Virus record (IMG/VR): IMGVR_UViG_3300014970_000061
DNA: 11,110 bases
Strand: one strand, 5' to 3'
Source of the DNA: a virus
Taxonomy: Duplodnaviria; Heunggongvirae; Uroviricota; Caudoviricetes
The notes under the pieces are model-generated. The model was not told where the DNA came from. It saw nothing but the letters and a program-made list of their open reading frames with translations, and did not search any database. The translations under genes and the position numbers were made by a program. Below are positions 7,408-11,110 of the stretch, piece by piece. The first letter of the stretch is position 1; every line of letters begins with the position of its first letter.

Positions 7408-8346
7408 ATGCCAACTGTAGTTTCACTTTTTTCTGGATGTGGTGGTTCTGATGCGGGAGTTTTGAACGCAGGTTTCAATGTGCTTATGGCAAATGATATT
7501 TTGCCTTACGCAAGGGACGTTTACTTAGAAAACCATCCTGAAACTGACTACATTTTGGGCGATATCTCAGGGCTCCAGTCGTTCCCTTCTGCTGAGTTGC
7601 TCATCGGATGCTATCCTTGCCAAGGATTTAGTCAAGGTGGGGCAAGGAAGGCAGATAGAAAGATTAATACACTATATTTAGAGTTTGCCCGTGCTTTGAG
7701 TAAAATTAAGCCAAAAGCATTCATTGTAGAGAATGTCTCTGGTATGGTAAGGCGTAACTTTGAGCATTTATTAAAGGATCAATTCAAAGTTTTCGAAGAA
7801 GCAGGTTATACAGTAAGCTCGCAAATTCTGAATGCGTCCCATTATGGGGTATCCCAAGATAGGAAGCGAATCTTTATCGTAGGAATACGAAAGGACTACG
7901 GTATTACATACAAATTTCCAAAACCAACACATGGTGATGGTTTGACACCATATTCCACAATTCGTGATGCTATTGGGCATATGCCTGTTTGGCCTGTTGG
8001 CGAGTTTTATGACGCCGATTTTCATTGGTATTATCTATCGCGAAACCGTAGGCAAGATTGGGATCAGATATCTAAAACAATTGTTGCAAATCCTAGACAT
8101 ATGCCTCTACATCCAATAAGTCCAACATTAGAAAAATTGGGACCTGATAAGTGGCAATTTACTTCGGATGCACCAGCTCGTAGGTTTAGCTATCGAGAGG
8201 CTGCTATTTTACAAGGTTTTGGGGATTTAATTTTCCCAGAAACTGAACGGGCTTCTATTAATATGAAATATACTGTGGTAGGTAATGCAGTACCGCCTCC
8301 ATTGTTTGAGGCGGTTGCTAGAAACCTTCCAGATTTATGGGATTAA
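7408..8346 (+). CDS. DNA (cytosine-5)-methyltransferase, 312 aa
   Basis: Canonical C5-MTase motifs in order: motif I LFSGCGG (AdoMet binding), motif IV GCYPCQGFSQGG (catalytic Cys in PCQ), motif VI ENV (FIVENVSGM), motif VIII QDRKR, C-terminal VVGNAVPPPLFEAV. Small size implies a short target-recognition domain. Confidence 0.92.
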   Translation: MPTVVSLFSGCGGSDAGVLNAGFNVLMANDILPYARDVYLENHPETDYILGDISGLQSFPSAELLIGCYPCQGFSQGGARKADRKINTLYLEFARALSKIKPKAFIVENVSGMVRRNFEHLLKDQFKVFEEAGYTVSSQILNASHYGVSQDRKRIFIVGIRKDYGITYKFPKPTHGDGLTPYSTIRDAIGHMPVWPVGEFYDADFHWYYLSRNRRQDWDQISKTIVANPRHMPLHPISPTLEKLGPDKWQFTSDAPARRFSYREAAILQGFGDLIFPETERASINMKYTVVGNAVPPPLFEAVARNLPDLWD

Positions 8347-9368
8347 GCAGCGATCGCGCTGGAAGGATCAAGGATGATATCTAGATAGCTAATATTTTGA
8401 CTGTGATCAATATTATCAGATGCTCTGGTTAAATTGATTAATCTTAGGCGATCAACAAAAATAGCATCGCCTAACTTATTTTTATGCGCCCACTCACCAT
8501 CTATCCATCGTAGATCTTGAGGTAAGAAATAATAAGTTGCCCATCGGTGAGCTACGGGGAATTTACTGTAGAGCATCGCAGGTGAGGCCTCAAGCTGCTT
8601 CGCTTCCCACTCTTCTTGAGAACAGCCACACTGAACAAAAGAAATAGGGATGGCATCTCGTTGATCTCCCATTGGATGCCAGGCAATTATGTCAAGGCCT
8701 CCGTCACCACTATTTCCTCGACTGAAATCTCGTTCTTTGAAGTTCGCTGTGCAACGGATATCGGAAGCAATACTCTTAAATTTATTATATAGAGTTCCAG
8801 TGTAAGGGGCCGCTTGACCACCAGAAGCCCAGCATGCTTTTATTATGCTACCGCTAGGCATTAGGCTTTCAAAAATAGGTAAACTAATTAGTTCAAAACT
8901 GCGCGTTATCTCTCTTCTGCTCATTATGTTGACATATTTTATGTTAGCACAGATTAGTAAAGCTAAATATAGTCTTTCTAAATGTTCCAGTGGCTTTTCT
9001 GATATATCACGTAACTCTACAGTATCGTTGTCTTCTGATAAAGTAAAAGGGTAACTATCCCCAAATAAATCAATGCGTTGTCGTATGAAGCCTATCGCAT
9101 AGCTCCACTTTCTGTCAGTATATGCTCGACTAACACTTCGTTTTGTTCTCTTGCGTACAGGCGTATCATTTTCATCATCAACATCATAAACGCCCTCTTC
9201 TTCTGCTTCATCTGTTTCAGCTAGTACTGCTTCGGGTTGAGCTTGCAGTGTGCTATATAGGTCTCCTCGACTGAATGACCTGTCGATATTAGTTAAGGCC
9301 AATATCTCAATATAATCAGCCCATAAATAAGGCTCATTAGAAGGCATTGAATCAAGATTTGTAATCAT
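8343..9368 (-). CDS. Uncharacterized protein with a possible Mrr-like PD-(D/E)xK nuclease signature, about 341 aa (start uncertain)
   Basis: Long minus-strand ORF whose stop overlaps the MTase stop (TTAA at 8343-8346). GDGGLDIIAW followed about 20 aa later by FVQCGCSQEEWEAK resembles the GDGGID ... (V/I)QxK core of Mrr-type nucleases, but with Gly where the Lys is expected. Acidic then basic linker (ETDEAEEEGVYDVDDENDTP / VRKRTKRSVSR). In-frame starts at 9452, 9380 and 9368; 9368 chosen because GGAGG lies 12 nt upstream and it sits 4 nt after the upstream stop. Confidence 0.7.
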   Translation of the reverse strand: MITNLDSMPSNEPYLWADYIEILALTNIDRSFSRGDLYSTLQAQPEAVLAETDEAEEEGVYDVDDENDTPVRKRTKRSVSRAYTDRKWSYAIGFIRQRIDLFGDSYPFTLSEDNDTVELRDISEKPLEHLERLYLALLICANIKYVNIMSRREITRSFELISLPIFESLMPSGSIIKACWASGGQAAPYTGTLYNKFKSIASDIRCTANFKERDFSRGNSGDGGLDIIAWHPMGDQRDAIPISFVQCGCSQEEWEAKQLEASPAMLYSKFPVAHRWATYYFLPQDLRWIDGEWAHKNKLGDAIFVDRLRLINLTRASDNIDHSQNISYLDIILDPSSAIAA

Positions 9369-9372
9369 AATC

Positions 9373-10446
9373 TCAATCATCCTCCCTTTTGCTTCTGATC
9401 TGATTTCTAATATTTTTTGACATCTCAAAAATTTCAGATGCAGCCTCTTCATGCTCTAATGTTAATTCTTTAGCTTTAAGTAGCATATCCCAAACTACTC
9501 TTAATTTAACACTAGCTGCGTTTAGTGCTTTATCTAATGCTTCTCTTTCTCCGCTGGTATATAGATATGCTTCATCCAAGTTTGAACTTTTCATGAGAAT
9601 TTCAATTGCTTCGGGTTTCTCAACCACTGCTGCAATATCTTTTATTCTTCGAGACTCACCGATGATGGTTCTACCTTGTTGGTCAGGCACAAAAAACCAA
9701 GAGAATAAACGCTTAAGGTTTTCTTCATTTAAATTTGGGTCTAAAAAATCCTTTTTATCCTGTAGACCTAACCAGTTTGTGATTTTTGAATATCCCAAAG
9801 CTGTGGTTATATATGAAAATTCCACGTCAGAAGCCTTCATGGGTAAATTAAAAAACTCATGGTCATGCGCGACTTCATATAAGTTCAGTGCAGTGAGAAG
9901 TGTTGCAACATAATGTGGTTTACTCCCAATCTCACGAGCCAGATTTTTTAATACTATCTCTTTAGGCTCATGTGAATAAAAAGTATCACATAACTCTTTA
10001 AGGTATTTGGCTTTAGATAATGAGTCCCATTCTTTGACCCCAGTTATATGACGATAACCGATATATCTCAGTACATCCTCTCGGTTTTCATAAATGATGC
10101 AGGGAAGCTTCTTAGGTTTATTGGTAGTATCATCAATGATTTCTTGCACACCTTTAAGTTTTCTTTTTGGAGGAAGCAGATCTCCATTGAGCAACTTTAC
10201 AGCAGCTAAGCGTCTGTTTCCCTCAACCACGATGTAGTTTCCATTGCTTTTTACTGCCAATAAAGGTTCTCCAGGAAAGTAACCTTGCTGACCGATTGAT
10301 AGCATTAGATCGTGGACACTTTCGTCATCTAACATTTCCTCAATGACTGTTGCAGCGTTACTGGCATCATTGAGACGAAAGAAACGTGGGTTTTTAGGGT
10401 CAAAATCAAGCTTATTTGTCTCAATTTCTACGATTTTGTTATCCAT
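9373..10446 (-). CDS. ParB/Srx-superfamily (ParB N-terminal domain) protein, 357 aa from the ATG at 10446
   Basis: N-terminus MDNKIVEIETNKLDFDPKNPRFF ... LMLSIGQQGYFPGEPLLAVKSNGNYIVVEGNRRLAAVKLL parallels the ParB N-terminal domain (I..L..P.NPR box and GxRRxxA arginine patch). GAGG 5 nt upstream of the ATG at 10446. Longer ORF-track start at 10578 lacks an RBS. C-terminal 250 aa has no motif I recognise. Confidence 0.8.
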   Translation of the reverse strand: MDNKIVEIETNKLDFDPKNPRFFRLNDASNAATVIEEMLDDESVHDLMLSIGQQGYFPGEPLLAVKSNGNYIVVEGNRRLAAVKLLNGDLLPPKRKLKGVQEIIDDTTNKPKKLPCIIYENREDVLRYIGYRHITGVKEWDSLSKAKYLKELCDTFYSHEPKEIVLKNLAREIGSKPHYVATLLTALNLYEVAHDHEFFNLPMKASDVEFSYITTALGYSKITNWLGLQDKKDFLDPNLNEENLKRLFSWFFVPDQQGRTIIGESRRIKDIAAVVEKPEAIEILMKSSNLDEAYLYTSGEREALDKALNAASVKLRVVWDMLLKAKELTLEHEEAASEIFEMSKNIRNQIRSKREDD

Positions 10447-10673
10447 CTTAACCTCATGGGATGATGTAAATATCTTTTGGGGGATGCTTGATAAAACATC
10501 CATATTTGATCGTTTGCAGCGCATTTGATACATCGAAGTGTACAAAAATGCTGGGCATAACTCTGCATTAAAATGCATTCACATTCAAAGAACTATTTTC
10601 TCGTTGGACATTTAGCCCAAGAGAGTTTGGACGGCTTTTGGAATTGCATCAAAACCGACCCATGAAGCGGGCG

Positions 10674-10692
10674 GGCGAGGCGGGGAAAGCAC
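10674..10692. other. Phage cohesive-end site (cos), ggcgaggcggggaaagcac
   Basis: 19-nt sequence matches my recollection of the P2 cohesive end. GC-rich, and located between the last right-arm gene and the first late gene, as expected in a prophage. Confidence 0.65.
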
Positions 10693-10834
10693 TGCGCGCT
10701 GGCGGTGGTGCTGATTTTATTTTTTCAGCGTCTGAGCGCGTCGTGATGGCGTTTAGTCGGCCTGCCGGGGCGTTGGTGTGTCTGCGGGGTGTTTTGTACA
10801 GTGGCGAACGTGTGAGGGCGTGATGACGGGGTGT

Positions 10835-10856
10835 AAAAAAGCCGCCCGCAGGCGGC
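10835..10856 (-). terminator. Rho-independent terminator for the minus-strand late gene
   Basis: On the minus strand: GCCGCC-tgcg-GGCGGC hairpin (plus 10841-10856) followed by TTTTTT (complement of the A6 run at 10835-10840), a few nt downstream of the stop at 10862. Confidence 0.55.
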
Positions 10857-10861
10857 GATGT

Positions 10862-11110
10862 TCAGCCGTTGTCAGTGTCCAGTGAGTAGTTTTTAAATCG
10901 GATGACCTCCTGACCGAGCCAGCCGTTTATCTCGCGGATCCTGTCCTGTAACGGGATAAGCTCATTGCGGACAAAGACCTTTGCTACTTTCTCAATATCG
11001 CCCAGCGACCCGACGTTCTCCGGTTTGCCGCCCATCTGCGTATTACCGTGAAGGAGATCGGTGAGTAACATCGATGGAGATCGGTTCGTGTCACTTTCAC
11101 AGAACCGTTT
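10862..11110 (-). CDS. 3' end of a late gene, probably capsid portal protein Q (partial; 5' end beyond the window)
   Basis: Minus-strand ORF ending at 10862, about 170 bp from cos, presumably open to the window edge. In P2 the first gene after cos is Q on the opposite strand. Identity is by synteny only. Confidence 0.5.
   Translation of the reverse strand, partial: KRFCESDTNRSPSMLLTDLLHGNTQMGGKPENVGSLGDIEKVAKVFVRNELIPLQDRIREINGWLGQEVIRFKNYSLDTDNG

Larger units (their letters stand above)
537..11110. mobile_element. P2-like prophage, int-proximal arm through cos into the start of the late region (continues beyond the window)
   Basis: Gene order attP core - int(-) - C(-) - cox(+) - B - small ORFs - A - ... 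- cos - late gene matches phage P2. Deduced protein lengths 337/99/91/166/761 aa match P2 Int/C/Cox/B/A as I recall them. Confidence 0.85.

Noticed and set aside
9369-9452. Longer start (9452 or 9380) for the nuclease-like gene
   Set aside because: The 9452 start has no RBS and would overlap the upstream gene by 80 nt; 9380 has the SD directly abutting the ATG. 9368 is favoured, but the start remains uncertain.
7771-10528. ORFs 7771..8025 (-), 8845..9054 (+), 9593..9913 (+) and 10343..10528 (+)
   Set aside because: Each lies antisense within the MTase, nuclease-like or ParB-like genes. AT-rich sequence generates such shadow ORFs readily.
10447-10578. Longer N-terminal extension of the ParB-like ORF (start at 10578)
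   Set aside because: No Shine-Dalgarno before that ATG or the in-frame ATG at 10503, whereas the ATG at 10446 has GAGG 5 nt upstream and begins at the conserved ParB-domain N-terminus. Not fully excluded.
7166-10673. Presence of P2 tin and old genes at their usual location
   Set aside because: No ORF of the expected size (old is about 586 aa in P2) and no OLD-type ATPase/TOPRIM motifs were seen. The locus is occupied by the MTase cassette instead.
10638-10823. Plus-strand ORF 10638..10823 (61 aa, Gly/Ala/Arg-rich)
   Set aside because: Spans the cos sequence in a GC-rich non-coding region; composition-driven, no RBS.
1-11110. CRISPR array or other tandem repeat structure
   Set aside because: No regularly spaced direct repeats of 25-40 bp anywhere in the window. 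The only short tandem repeats are the arm-type and switch-region repeats already reported.

Overview
This window reads as the right arm of an integrated P2-like temperate phage (Enterobacteria), running from the attachment core to the cohesive-end site, with one non-P2 cargo cassette that is the main candidate for a new system. From left to right: a short AT-rich flank with a small lipoprotein gene (61..378); a 27-bp core that matches, from memory, the P2 attP core (537..563); integrase and C repressor on the minus strand; then cox and the early replication operon on the plus strand (orf78-like, B, three to four small ORFs including a TraR/DksA-type C4 zinc-finger protein, and the HUH rolling-circle initiator A), followed by a DUF3850-like gene. 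Where P2 itself carries tin and old (between the A-distal genes and cos), this element instead carries an AT-rich three-gene cassette (about 7166..10673): a C5-cytosine DNA methyltransferase on the plus strand, convergent with a two-gene minus-strand operon encoding a ParB/Srx-domain protein with an intact GxRR arginine patch and a protein with a degenerate Mrr-like PD-(D/E)xK signature. I could not match this gene combination to any defence system I know, and it sits in a reported P2 defence hotspot. The 19-nt P2-type cos sequence follows at 10674..10692, then a terminator and the 3' end of a minus-strand late gene (probably portal Q). All homology statements rest on motifs read by eye and on recalled P2 gene order and protein lengths; no database search or GC computation was run.
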